From positions 727 to 64,726 of the forward strand of contig CAYHKQ010000002.1 in assembly GCA_964357255.1 (NCBI GenBank): 64,000 nucleotides of DNA, in the 5' to 3' direction. The stretch's first letter is position 1. Each line of letters starts with the position of its first letter. The position numbers and the translations under genes were made by a program. The stretch comes from an uncultured Elusimicrobia bacterium. GTDB taxonomy: Bacteria; Elusimicrobiota; Elusimicrobia; JACQPE01. Under the pieces are notes generated by a model, which saw only the letters and a list, made by a program, of their open reading frames with translations, was not told the DNA's origin and ran no database searches. Of the stretch, positions 47,999-57,945 are shown piece by piece.

Positions 47999-49321
47999 TT
48001 AGGCTTTTCCCTCAGCCTTCAGAACCTCTAATTGCGCCTGCTTGGCGTGGTATTTCTTTATTGCCAGATCTACCATGGTAGCGTTGATACCCTCGCCCTT
48101 TTCGGCTTGGGAACAGAATAGCTCAACAAAGCGCCCACGCTCCTTCGCATCTGTGCGGTAGCCTAAACCACGGTAGTTCTCGGGATCAGTTTTATGCTTC
48201 CCCTTCGCCAAGACGGCAGCATTCAACGGGTCCTTCCCTGTGGCTGCCTTGAGATTGTAATGCCTTACGAGGCGTGCCTGGTTCTTGTGAAGCACCCCTG
48301 TCACGTAGGCCCAAGCGGACAAGATGGCGAAGTTCAGGGTCTTCTCTGCATAATCTCTATTGCTGCCACCTTTCTTCCCCGACCATGCCGCTCTTTGGGC
48401 GAGGATCAACTGGGAAAATTCTTTACCTGCTTCCAGCAGTTTTGAGTCTTCCCAAAGCCTGGGATGCCTTTTTTTTAACATCTCCCACTCATCAGCCGCG
48501 TCGCCGGAACCGCAGATTATGGGAGTAGTATCCGTCGTGTCAAACTTGCTGTCATCTATCACCTTTCCTTGGAGATAGTTCATAATAAATGTTCGCGCGG
48601 TCTGAACCGTGACGGCCGCCCCCCGTTCACGTTTGGAAGAAAAATCCTTCCCCTCTGGGAGCAACCCGGTCATGTGACACCAGTTTCGCAATTCCGGACC
48701 TCGGACCGTCTCCTGCATCCGATCGATAAGGTCGCGCGATACGGCTATGGTGGTATTTGAAATCAACTGGACATCAAGGCGCTGATCTGTGTCGAGACCG
48801 AAGTAGACCTTGACGCCGTGATATTCGTCTACCTGTTGCTCCTCGAAGGCTATCCTAATCGCCTCAAATCGGTGCTGACCTCCAATTATCTTGAGTGGCT
48901 TCTCGGGATTGTACTGGTTCGTATATTCAGCAACGATGTTGCTAAAGCTCCGACGATTCCTAGCGTCCTCCTGCATTTTTGAAAATGCAACGTGGTCAAC
49001 TTCGATATCTCGATTTGCCCGATACTCAGCTTGCTCCTCAGGATCAAGGGGAACATCAATCGTCCCAAGGCTTATGAGCTTGCTAGCAAGAATATGGCAT
49101 TCGCAATATCGCGACAGGTTGATCGCGTCCGTCAAAACAAGAAATTCATTCCCCGCTTCTAGTGGAACGAACTGCGCGATGAATTCTTTGACGATCGGGT
49201 CAACTGTCGGGAGCGACTTATTTACCCCGACAGGTACCCGGTGCTTAATTGAAACTCCCGTGTCGTTTGGCATCAAACTCCTCCTCAATCGTGATGTTTC
49301 ATGGTCCGCCTCTTGGGCCAT
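47999..49321 (-). CDS. DGQHR-domain protein (DndB/ParB-like)
   Basis: It has KIIGGQHRFEAIRIA (a DGQHR-type motif). The protein is 440 aa. Confidence 0.55.
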   Translation of the reverse strand: MAQEADHETSRLRRSLMPNDTGVSIKHRVPVGVNKSLPTVDPIVKEFIAQFVPLEAGNEFLVLTDAINLSRYCECHILASKLISLGTIDVPLDPEEQAEYRANRDIEVDHVAFSKMQEDARNRRSFSNIVAEYTNQYNPEKPLKIIGGQHRFEAIRIAFEEQQVDEYHGVKVYFGLDTDQRLDVQLISNTTIAVSRDLIDRMQETVRGPELRNWCHMTGLLPEGKDFSSKRERGAAVTVQTARTFIMNYLQGKVIDDSKFDTTDTTPIICGSGDAADEWEMLKKRHPRLWEDSKLLEAGKEFSQLILAQRAAWSGKKGGSNRDYAEKTLNFAILSAWAYVTGVLHKNQARLVRHYNLKAATGKDPLNAAVLAKGKHKTDPENYRGLGYRTDAKERGRFVELFCSQAEKGEGINATMVDLAIKKYHAKQAQLEVLKAEGKA

Positions 49322-49429
49322 ACACCCGTTTGTCTTTATCTCAATACCAACAGTGTTGGCATGATCATAAAATCCTTGACCTGTTGCTTTAACGAAGGTA
49401 ACACCTCTGACCCGGCCTGAGGCCGGGCA

Positions 49430-49858
49430 ATGGAGGTATCTATGGAAAACTGGAGAAAATATCTTGATCCTGACGACATAACGCCCGAAGAGCGCGAAGA
49501 ACGTGTCATTGAGCTATTGGCAACCGCAGTTGTGCGGTTGATGGGGGACGAGAGAAAAGAAGAAACAAAACCACCCATCTTAGTCTCGCCTTCTCAATCG
49601 GAAATCGCTCATGCGCCGCTCGTTAAGGGACGAATTCCTTTCGGACAGGAAACCGGCGGTATGGGACGGGTTTTTAATGAAACGGAAACTCGCTGGATTA
49701 AAAGAATCCAAGAGCTGGCAGCGCAAGGCTGGTCCTCGGAAAAAATCGCGCGGCAGCTGAACCTGGAAGATCATGAGAGTAAGCGCGCCGGCAAATGGTC
49801 CAGGACAGCAGTTTGGCGAATTTTGAAAAGGCTCAAAGAAAAAGGCGTTACAGAATAA
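49430..49858 (+). CDS. Small HTH-domain protein, paralog B
   Basis: It has KGRIPFGQE...WIKRIQELAAQGWSSEKIARQLNLEDHESKRAGKWSRTAVWRILKR. The leader includes a perfect hairpin cccggcc-tga-ggccggg. Confidence 0.4.
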   Translation: MEVSMENWRKYLDPDDITPEEREERVIELLATAVVRLMGDERKEETKPPILVSPSQSEIAHAPLVKGRIPFGQETGGMGRVFNETETRWIKRIQELAAQGWSSEKIARQLNLEDHESKRAGKWSRTAVWRILKRLKEKGVTE

Positions 49859-50018
49859 TTTTGTAACGCCTGGCCTTTTTTGTCTTGCCCGCTTGAATAT
49901 TTTGCCGTGCTAGTCGTTTTATTTTTTTGTCTCATTTAGTTCATTTCTCGACGGAGTTTCTAGTACCGTCAAACCTGCTCATTCAAAAACCGTTACAAAT
50001 CAACCCTTTTAGACCAAA

Positions 50019-50089
50019 TCTGCCGGGCTAGGATTCGAACCCAGACAAAACGGTTCAGAGCCGTTTGTGCTACCGTTACACCACCCGGC
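50019..50089 (-). tRNA. tRNA-Gln (anticodon CTG)
   Basis: The reverse complement folds as a cloverleaf with acceptor UGCCGGG/CCCGGCA, anticodon loop CUCUGAA and T-loop GGTTCGAATCC. Confidence 0.8.
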
Positions 50090-50189
50090 AATTCTACGGG
50101 ACCGATCTTCGAAAAACTTTCATCGTCCTCGCCTGCCTTTTTGCCCAAAGGGAGCGAGCTTCAAAAATTTTTAACTAAGCCTGTTATTT

Positions 50190-52517
50190 TTACTTCTGTC
50201 CCCGATGGCTTTGGAATTGTTTGAGCTCATCCAGGCGTTGGGCAAAATCAGCCACGTCGGGGTAGCGGCTATTCAGGCCCTCATAAAGCTCGGTCTTTTT
50301 TTTGAGGGCGTCCGGCTGATCGCCCGGCGCCTTAAACTCTTCATAAAGCCAAAGAACCGTGTTCCAAGCCGGAGGGAGCTTGGCCGCTTCCTCCTGGGAC
50401 ACTACATTATAGAGAAAGAGCGGGGATTTGGATTTATAAAACTTCTCGGGAATGGCATCCTCGCGTAACAAGCGCACATGGCCACGCCACATCCGGCAAA
50501 ACAAGGCCAGGGTGGATTCCGGCCAATCCATTATGCCGTAGCCGAGCACGCGCCGGCCTTCCAAAAGATTGACCAGGATATGCGTGATGCCCTCCCGACG
50601 AAATCTTTGATACAACTGCTCGGGCGAAGAAAGCCCCAGGGACCATTGAGCGGGCAAAGCCACATCAAAGACACCGGATGCCAAAAAAGGAATATGACAA
50701 CTCGCCACTTTTTCATCGCCTAAAATTAAAAGCTTGCTACCGGCGGGCAAATTTTTCTTTGACCATTCATACAGCGCGGTAGAGGGCTGGGGATACATGC
50801 CGGGGTGGGTGTACGACAAGAACTCCTGCGGCGTTTCCGCGCCCAAAAGCGCTGGCCAAGGATGATAGGAGGAGGGAATTGTTTGAAAGGCCGTGAGCAT
50901 ATTAACCCCGGCCATCAGCGTTGCTAAGATATGAAAAGCCCATCGCCGAAACGGCGTAGCGGCGCCCTCCTCGCAGATCAAACCAACCGGCATCACCAAA
51001 ATTGCCAGATAGGGCAACCAGTACCGTGTCAGGCGATTAATCGCGGCCACGCCGAGGCAACCGCAAAGACCTAAAAGAAAAATCATTTTCATCGGCGTTG
51101 AAACATCCTTGCGGGCAAAGAGCCCCCACGCGGCGACCGGAAAAACCGCCAACACGAAAGGGCCGGGGAAGGAAAGCGAAGACCCCCCCTCAAAGGCGAG
51201 TCGCCACGGCAACCGGCACCACTGCCAAAATGAATCAGGGGTCATGCCCCGGTTCTCCGCGTACACGTGCGCCATGCGCGCGGGGTCAATGCTGGCGAAA
51301 AAACTGCCGCCAAACGGAAACACGGGATTGCCCGTAAAAATATAGGCGCGAATAAGCCAAGGCAGGGCCATGGCAAAAGAGACCACTCCCATAAAAAAAC
51401 ATTCCCGGATGACGCCGCGGATCGCTCGACGCGCAACAATTCCCCACGCCAAATGAAACACGGGCAACAGCGCCATGACCAAGCCCGCGGTTAATTTGGA
51501 GCCAAAACACAGGCCCCCAAAAATCCCCGCCAGCGCCAATAACGAGCGGTCCGCGGACTCCTCGGGCGAATCTATAAAACGGAACCAGCACCACGCGCCG
51601 GCCAAAGCAAAAAGACTGACTCCGACATCAGTGCCGGTGCTCCACCAATTCCACATCACCATGGGCATGCTCAAAAAAATAAGGGCGGCCCAGGGACCGG
51701 CGCGGGGGCGACGCTCCTCGTTGGACCAGGCAATCAGGCCCAGCATAATCAAGACCCCGCAGGACCAATGCACTAACTTGGCCGCGGTGTCGCCGCTTAA
51801 GGCCAAGCCAACGAGATAAAGCATGGACATGGTCAACGGATAGTTGGCATGAAGATTCGGATATTCCTTAATCCCGCCCATGAGCAAATACCAACGGGGA
51901 ACACCCAGGTGATAAACATGGGAGTCGTAAAAAATCTCGGGAACAAAAGCCAATAGGAAAGCCACGGCCACCATAATCAGGAGCGGCAGAACAAGCAAAA
52001 GCGAAGAAGCCTTGAGGCTCACCAAAAGTTCGCCAAGCGCATTTTCTATCAAGGCGCCCAACTGCGGCTTTAAGCGCCAGAAAAACAATCCGGCGAGCCC
52101 CGCCCAAAGTAGGGCAAGAATCCAGGTGCGATAAAGCCCGAGGGCGCCCAGCAAATAAACCGCATACGCGACGACTCCCAAGCCGAGCGCGTTTGCAATA
52201 ACAAGACGGCCCAAGGCTGAACGGTTGAAGCGCTCGCCCAAAATCCAGGCGCCCAGCGCCAGGGATCCCGCTAAAAGACCTGCGCCCACGGCCAAACCGC
52301 GCAGATGCCGCCCCAGAGCCGCCAGCGTTGGAAAGCCCGGCGGCCAAAATTCATTAAGCACGGGAAGGAGATTTACGGGCGCCGAACGATGGACGTAGCT
52401 CAATGCCACGAAAGCCATCCACGCAAGACCGGCCCACCAGCCAAATTCGACCCAAGGAAAGACAGCCGGACCGACGATTGTGTCCGGCATCCGGCGTTCC
52501 CGCGATTTACGGCTCAT
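50190..52517 (-). CDS. Large polytopic membrane protein, putative GT-C glycosyltransferase (ArnT/PMT-like)
   Basis: It has more than 12 predicted TM helices and a C-terminal soluble domain. It is followed by AsnB-like and GT2 genes. Confidence 0.35.
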   Translation of the reverse strand: MSRKSRERRMPDTIVGPAVFPWVEFGWWAGLAWMAFVALSYVHRSAPVNLLPVLNEFWPPGFPTLAALGRHLRGLAVGAGLLAGSLALGAWILGERFNRSALGRLVIANALGLGVVAYAVYLLGALGLYRTWILALLWAGLAGLFFWRLKPQLGALIENALGELLVSLKASSLLLVLPLLIMVAVAFLLAFVPEIFYDSHVYHLGVPRWYLLMGGIKEYPNLHANYPLTMSMLYLVGLALSGDTAAKLVHWSCGVLIMLGLIAWSNEERRPRAGPWAALIFLSMPMVMWNWWSTGTDVGVSLFALAGAWCWFRFIDSPEESADRSLLALAGIFGGLCFGSKLTAGLVMALLPVFHLAWGIVARRAIRGVIRECFFMGVVSFAMALPWLIRAYIFTGNPVFPFGGSFFASIDPARMAHVYAENRGMTPDSFWQWCRLPWRLAFEGGSSLSFPGPFVLAVFPVAAWGLFARKDVSTPMKMIFLLGLCGCLGVAAINRLTRYWLPYLAILVMPVGLICEEGAATPFRRWAFHILATLMAGVNMLTAFQTIPSSYHPWPALLGAETPQEFLSYTHPGMYPQPSTALYEWSKKNLPAGSKLLILGDEKVASCHIPFLASGVFDVALPAQWSLGLSSPEQLYQRFRREGITHILVNLLEGRRVLGYGIMDWPESTLALFCRMWRGHVRLLREDAIPEKFYKSKSPLFLYNVVSQEEAAKLPPAWNTVLWLYEEFKAPGDQPDALKKKTELYEGLNSRYPDVADFAQRLDELKQFQSHRGQK

Positions 52518-54460
52518 CGGGCCTGATCCCTTGAGAGCGGCTCGACATTCTTATGCGCGAATCTCGCGAGCGCCAAAATCGCCCACAGTCGGCGCGAATG
52601 ATCGAATTTTTTGGCGCTATGCTCACGAAGCAGATTTTCCACCGCTCCCTGACGCAAAACACCCAACTCGCGAAAGGGTTGAGCATTGGTGACATCGCGC
52701 AAAAAATCCTGAAACTTTCGCTCCGTCAGCCAAAGGGCCAAGGGCGGGGTAAACCCCTTCTTCGGCATCTTAAGCACAGACTGGGGCAGTCTCCGGCGCA
52801 TGAGATGGCGCAAAATCCATTTAGTCTGGAAGCCGCGAATTTTAAATTTCGGAGGTATGGAAAACGCGAACTCCGCCAGCTCCGGGTCAAGCAAGGCGGG
52901 CCGCAGTTCCAAGGAGTGGGCCATGCTGGTCATATCGGATTTGACCAAATAAAGATCAAGTAAATAGGCGCGCAAGTCCGCCAGCATGAGTTGGTCCTCC
53001 AGGACAATTCCTTCTAAGCGGCCCATGGCGCAAGCCATCGCGTCAAAAGGGGATCGGCCCCCGAGTGAATCCAAAAAGGCGGGTTCGTAAAGGGCCGGAC
53101 GGTCCTGCCCCAACAAAGCGCTCCGCCAAGCAAAATGCGCAGGGAGAAGCTCCGTCATATCCTTGGCCACGTCAACAAAACGCTTGATTTTATAATCCAG
53201 GCTGATGCGCTCAAAGCTGGTGGGCAAAAGCTGAGCAAGCGCCGGTAGTCGGCGCCGGCGCAAAGCCTCGGGCAGATGGCGGTAATAGGCGAGGGCTTTA
53301 GTGGCAAGCGTGGTCGGATAACCTCCAAAGAGCTCATCGCCGCCGTCCCCGGTCAAGGCCACGCTGATATAAGAGCGGGCAGACCGGCAAAGAAGGTAGG
53401 TCGGCAGGGCCGAGAGATCGCCGAAAGGCTCGTCAAAAACGCCGAGAACCTCCCAGGCGAATCCCGCCAAATCCTCCGGCAAGGACATCGGGATTTCCGT
53501 GTGCCGCGTGCCGAGTTGGCGGGCTACCTCGCCGGCTTCGCGGCGCTCGCTGTAACTGGCCTGATCAAAATAAAGCGTGAAGGTGCGGATGTCCGACAAA
53601 TGGCGGCGCGCAAAATAGGCCGTGGTTGTGGAGTCTAAACCCGCGGACAAAAAAACGCCGAGCGGCACGTCGCTTCGCAACATCAAGCGCACGCATTCCG
53701 AAATTTTTGCCTCGAGCTTCTCTTCAATTTCCTCTAAATTACCCAATCGATGCAGACCGCCTTCCCTCATGCGCTCCGCCGCGTCCCAATAACGCGCCAA
53801 GCGCGGCTCGCGAGCGGGCTCGACCGATAAAACGGTTCCGGCATCGAGTTTTTTTAAACCCTGGTAAATCGTTTTTGGCGTGGGCACAAAAAGAAGCGTT
53901 AAAAAATCATCCAACGCCTCGGGGTCCACCCGCCGCTCAAAGGCCGGATGAAGCCGGATGGCTTTGATCTCCGAGGCAAAAAGAAGATTCCCCCCAAAAA
54001 TTCCCCAAAACAGCGGCTTAATGCCGAAATGATCCCGGCCCAACAAAAGCCTGCGCTTCTTGCGGTCCCAAAGAGCAAAGGCAAACATGCCGCGCAGGCG
54101 GCGAGGGAATAGTTCCCCCTCCTCCTCATAGAGATGGACCAAAACCTCGGTATCCGAGGCGGTGGAAAAGCAGTGGCCCTTACCCTGTAGCTCACGGCGC
54201 AATTCGACGTAATTGTAAATCTCGCCGTTAAAAACTACCGAGACACTGCCGTCTTCATTGCTGATGGGTTGCTTGCCTGTGGCCAGGTCAATAATTTTTA
54301 GACGGCGCATGGCCAAATACGCCGGATCGTCCGTCAAATAACCTTCATCATCCGGCCCCCGGTGCGTCAAGGTCTGATTCATGGCGCGAAGAATGGAGGA
54401 AGTCTCGGCTGGGCCGCCGGCAGGGCCCTTGAGTCGCAGGAAGCCGGCAATGCCGCACAT
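52514..54460 (-). CDS. Asparagine synthase (glutamine-hydrolysing)-like amidotransferase
   Basis: It has the N-terminal nucleophile MCGIAG and the PP-loop SGGLDS. Confidence 0.85.
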   Translation of the reverse strand: MCGIAGFLRLKGPAGGPAETSSILRAMNQTLTHRGPDDEGYLTDDPAYLAMRRLKIIDLATGKQPISNEDGSVSVVFNGEIYNYVELRRELQGKGHCFSTASDTEVLVHLYEEEGELFPRRLRGMFAFALWDRKKRRLLLGRDHFGIKPLFWGIFGGNLLFASEIKAIRLHPAFERRVDPEALDDFLTLLFVPTPKTIYQGLKKLDAGTVLSVEPAREPRLARYWDAAERMREGGLHRLGNLEEIEEKLEAKISECVRLMLRSDVPLGVFLSAGLDSTTTAYFARRHLSDIRTFTLYFDQASYSERREAGEVARQLGTRHTEIPMSLPEDLAGFAWEVLGVFDEPFGDLSALPTYLLCRSARSYISVALTGDGGDELFGGYPTTLATKALAYYRHLPEALRRRRLPALAQLLPTSFERISLDYKIKRFVDVAKDMTELLPAHFAWRSALLGQDRPALYEPAFLDSLGGRSPFDAMACAMGRLEGIVLEDQLMLADLRAYLLDLYLVKSDMTSMAHSLELRPALLDPELAEFAFSIPPKFKIRGFQTKWILRHLMRRRLPQSVLKMPKKGFTPPLALWLTERKFQDFLRDVTNAQPFRELGVLRQGAVENLLREHSAKKFDHSRRLWAILALARFAHKNVEPLSRDQAR

Positions 54461-54466
54461 AAGCGG

Positions 54467-55375
54467 CTAAATGCGAGGGATATTCTTTCGGTGAAGCATA
54501 ACGAGGAGGTCCGCTAAAAATCCGGCAACGCCGATCAATATCCCCGTCAAAAATAGCGAGACGTCAAGCCCCCCGACATGATGGTACTTAATCCAATCGT
54601 AAACGATTTTAACGCAGGATATGCCAATAAACAAAATGGACAACGGCAAAAGAACGCGAAGGGGATTAAAATACATCACCGTTCGAATAACGAGCAAAAT
54701 CATACTGTAGGTATCCTTGAGCGGATGAAAAGTCGAATGGCCTCCCTTGCGCTTAAAATAATTTATTGGAATAAACCGAACGGGATGACCGTTGCACAAA
54801 AAGGCCAACGTGATAGTGCTCTCCCATGAATGGCCCTCGGGCAGAAGGGAAAAATACCGCACGGCCACGGATTTTTTAAAGGCCCTCAAGCCGGTATTGA
54901 GGTCCTTGATGTCAACGCCGCTTAAGCGACTGGCCAAAAGACGGATGGTGTTTTTCGGCCAAAGCCGGTAAAAAGGCTCCTGGGCCACCAGGGTTCTCGC
55001 GCCAATGGCCATGTCAAAATCAGGAAAACATTCGAGTAGTTTTGGGATGTCCTCATGAGGGTAGGTGCCGTCCGCGTCGCTTGTGACTATAATCTCGCCG
55101 GACGCCTCCAGAATCCCGGTTTTACGCGCGGCTCCCACGCCGCGATTAATCGAATGGCGGATCAACCGGACCCCCTTGGAGGCCGCGACTTCGGCGGTTC
55201 GATCTTTCGAGCCGTCATCCACCACTAAAATTTCAAAAGGCCAGGGCGTGGCCGTCATGGCCCGACGAATCGCGTCAATCTCCGCGGCCACGGTGGATTC
55301 CTCATTATAGGCCGGCAATACGACGCTCACGACGCCGCCGGGCTTAGAATCCGATTTTGTGACTTCCTGTCCCAT
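54467..55375 (-). CDS. GT2 polyprenyl-phosphate glycosyltransferase (ArnC/GtrB-like)
   Basis: It has VVLPAYNEES and ILVVDDGSKD, and C-terminal TM helices. Confidence 0.8.
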   Translation of the reverse strand: MGQEVTKSDSKPGGVVSVVLPAYNEESTVAAEIDAIRRAMTATPWPFEILVVDDGSKDRTAEVAASKGVRLIRHSINRGVGAARKTGILEASGEIIVTSDADGTYPHEDIPKLLECFPDFDMAIGARTLVAQEPFYRLWPKNTIRLLASRLSGVDIKDLNTGLRAFKKSVAVRYFSLLPEGHSWESTITLAFLCNGHPVRFIPINYFKRKGGHSTFHPLKDTYSMILLVIRTVMYFNPLRVLLPLSILFIGISCVKIVYDWIKYHHVGGLDVSLFLTGILIGVAGFLADLLVMLHRKNIPRI

Positions 55376-56907
55376 TATTCTTGAATCGGCGCCCCTGCTA
55401 AAGAATTTTTTAAGCCTGCCAAACGCGCCACTCGCCCCAACGTCCAGTCCCGGCCCAATAAAGCGATCATATGAAACAGGCTTGGGCCCTGAAGCTTGCC
55501 GGAGACGGCGAAACGAAGAGGGTGAAAGACCTCGGTGTTCTTCCAGCCGAAATCCTTGGCCAAGGCCCGCAGGCTAACCTCGACGCCGGCCACGGAAAAA
55601 TCCGCCAGGCCGCCCAGACGCTTGGCAAGTTCGGCCAACACCCGGTCGAGATCGGCCCGGGTTTTAAGATTTAGGCTTTTTGCCATCAGGCCCTCAATGT
55701 CTTCCCATCGGTAGTCAAAATTATCATTGAAAAAAAATCCAAGGAGGTCCCTGGCCTCGGCAAAGGTCCGGTACTTCTCCTGCTCCAGAGCCACGATTTC
55801 TTCTAAAATCGGCTCCAAATTGGCCGGGACCGGCCCTAAGAAAGGCCGCACCGCGGCCAAGAGTTGGGATTTGGTGAGCTTGCGAATATAAATGCCGTTC
55901 ATCCACTGGAGCTTGGCATAGTCAAAGGCCGCTGGATTTTTTTGGCAACGCTCAAGCTCAAACTTGGCGATCAACTCCTCATGAGCGAATAGATCCTGAC
56001 TGTCTTGAGTCGCCCAACCTAGAAGCGCCAAATAATTAACCACGGCTTGGGACAAGTATCCCTGATCTTTAAATTCCAAAATGCTTGTGGCGCCATGGCG
56101 CTTGGAAAGCCGCGAGCCGTCGGGTCCCAAAAGAATGGACAAGTGGGCATACTGGGGCGCCGGCCAACCGATGGCTTGGAATATCAATATCTGCTTGGGC
56201 GTGTTGGAAATATGATCTTCGCCCCGAATGACATGGGTGATCTCCATTAAATGGTCATCAACAACGCAGGCGAAATTATATGTGGGCCCGCCGCTTGATT
56301 TGACCACAATAAAATCTTCCAGCTCGAGATTGCTAAAGCTCACGCGGTCACGAATGCTATCGTCAAAAACGGTTTGGCCCTCTTCCGGCACGGCGAATCG
56401 TAGCGTGGGCGCTCGGCCCTGGGCCCGAAAGGATTCTTTTTCTTTTTCGCTTAAACGGCGGCAGAGCTTGCTGTAGCGCGGGGCGCGCTTGGCCAAGAGC
56501 GCTTGATCGCGATGGGCCTGCAACTCCTCCTCAGTGCAAAAACACTCATAAAGCGCTCCCTTGGTTAAAAGCTCCTGCGAATACTTTCGATAAATCTCCT
56601 GCCGTTCCATCTGAAAATAAGGCCCGAAATTTCCTTTCGAAGCCCATCTTTTTTTCTCGCCCCCTCGCCCACTCGCCCCCTCGCCCCCGTCGAGCGGCCC
56701 CTCGTCCCAGTCCAGTCCCAGCCAACGAAGCGAATCAAAAATCTGCCGCACGGAATCATCGCTTGAGCGAAGTTCGTCCGTGTCTTCAATGCGAAGAATA
56801 AAGGTCCCCTTAAGTTTTCTGGCTAAAAGCCAATTGTAAAGCGCCGTGCGCGCGCCGCCCACATGAAGATACCCAGTAGGGCTCGGAGCAAAACGCACGC
56901 GCATCAT
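55375..56907 (-). CDS. gltX: Glutamate-tRNA ligase
   Basis: It has RFAPSPTGYLHVGGARTAL (HIGH region) and KLSKR. Confidence 0.85.
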   Translation of the reverse strand: MMRVRFAPSPTGYLHVGGARTALYNWLLARKLKGTFILRIEDTDELRSSDDSVRQIFDSLRWLGLDWDEGPLDGGEGASGRGGEKKRWASKGNFGPYFQMERQEIYRKYSQELLTKGALYECFCTEEELQAHRDQALLAKRAPRYSKLCRRLSEKEKESFRAQGRAPTLRFAVPEEGQTVFDDSIRDRVSFSNLELEDFIVVKSSGGPTYNFACVVDDHLMEITHVIRGEDHISNTPKQILIFQAIGWPAPQYAHLSILLGPDGSRLSKRHGATSILEFKDQGYLSQAVVNYLALLGWATQDSQDLFAHEELIAKFELERCQKNPAAFDYAKLQWMNGIYIRKLTKSQLLAAVRPFLGPVPANLEPILEEIVALEQEKYRTFAEARDLLGFFFNDNFDYRWEDIEGLMAKSLNLKTRADLDRVLAELAKRLGGLADFSVAGVEVSLRALAKDFGWKNTEVFHPLRFAVSGKLQGPSLFHMIALLGRDWTLGRVARLAGLKNSLAGAPIQE

Positions 56908-56983
56908 AAAATAGAGCGGTTGAGCGGATAAGCGATTGGGCGGTTAAGTGAAGAATAAAAAAATTTCAACGCTAAACAGCTTT

Positions 56984-57907
56984 TCATAATTCAGAATAAA
57001 CCAAGCCGCATGGAATTTTAGGCCAAAAGTAGGTCGTCTTTCTCGCAAGCAAACGGCCCTCCTTGGCTCCGGCGATAATCTCCTCGAGGCCAGGCGGCTC
57101 GCCCTTCAAAGCTTTTCGCCCAGGCACGGGAGGATGTCTACCTAGAAGCCCCGCGCCGGATTTCGAACTCGTCACATAGCAGAGCGTCCTTGACATAAGC
57201 CCCTCCTGAGCCAACTCGCAAGCCGCGCTAAAACGATGGTGGCCATCCGCCACCAAAAAGCCGTCTTGAGGTTTCAAGGCCCCGGCCAGCACGCATGCGT
57301 CCCCCGGCTCGCCAATAGGATAAAGCGCGCGCTCCACGCCGTCGAACACAGAGGCGGGAAAAGAAACCCCGCCGGGGATGCCCGCGTACTTAAGCGCCAA
57401 TGCCGAAAGCAATCCGGCCAACTCTCGATTCTTATCTTCCGCAACGAGAAAAATTGGCGACAAATGAAAGCGCATCTTGAAAAAATGTCTTTTCCGCAGT
57501 TCGATAAAACGCCGGTAACAGCGCTCATGGGGCCAAATTTCAGCCGGCCGCCCCTCTTTGGAAAGCCGAATCATGGCCAAAAGCCCGATGCGCTCGCGGC
57601 CCTCAAAACGCTCAATGAGCAAATAATAGGAGGGGACGTCTTGCGTAAGAAAGCCCTGCTTTTTCCAAGCGGACCAAAGCTTAAACGCCGAAGATAGGCG
57701 CGGTTTTGGCTCTTCCAAATAAATGGCATTCAAGGACGATTTTCTGAGTTTGGCCTCAAGTTCCGGAGTTAAACAGTCGTAAGGCAGGCACAGCATCTCC
57801 TGGCCGGATCCCAGTTCGGCCCCAAAACGCAAGCCTGCGAACGGCGCTAAAAGCTCCCGGGCCGCAATCGCCGATCGAGCCGGCTGGGCCAATTCTTTAA
57901 GTGGCAT
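56984..57907 (-). CDS. DUF1015-family protein
   Basis: It has the ADGHHR motif and SYYLLIE. The start was chosen at MPLKEL because the track's 58024 start overlaps the Trm112-like ORF. Confidence 0.55.
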   Translation of the reverse strand: MPLKELAQPARSAIAARELLAPFAGLRFGAELGSGQEMLCLPYDCLTPELEAKLRKSSLNAIYLEEPKPRLSSAFKLWSAWKKQGFLTQDVPSYYLLIERFEGRERIGLLAMIRLSKEGRPAEIWPHERCYRRFIELRKRHFFKMRFHLSPIFLVAEDKNRELAGLLSALALKYAGIPGGVSFPASVFDGVERALYPIGEPGDACVLAGALKPQDGFLVADGHHRFSAACELAQEGLMSRTLCYVTSSKSGAGLLGRHPPVPGRKALKGEPPGLEEIIAGAKEGRLLARKTTYFWPKIPCGLVYSEL

Positions 57908-57945
57908 TACTTTTTCAATTTTTGTTTCACGGTTCACGTCTAGCG

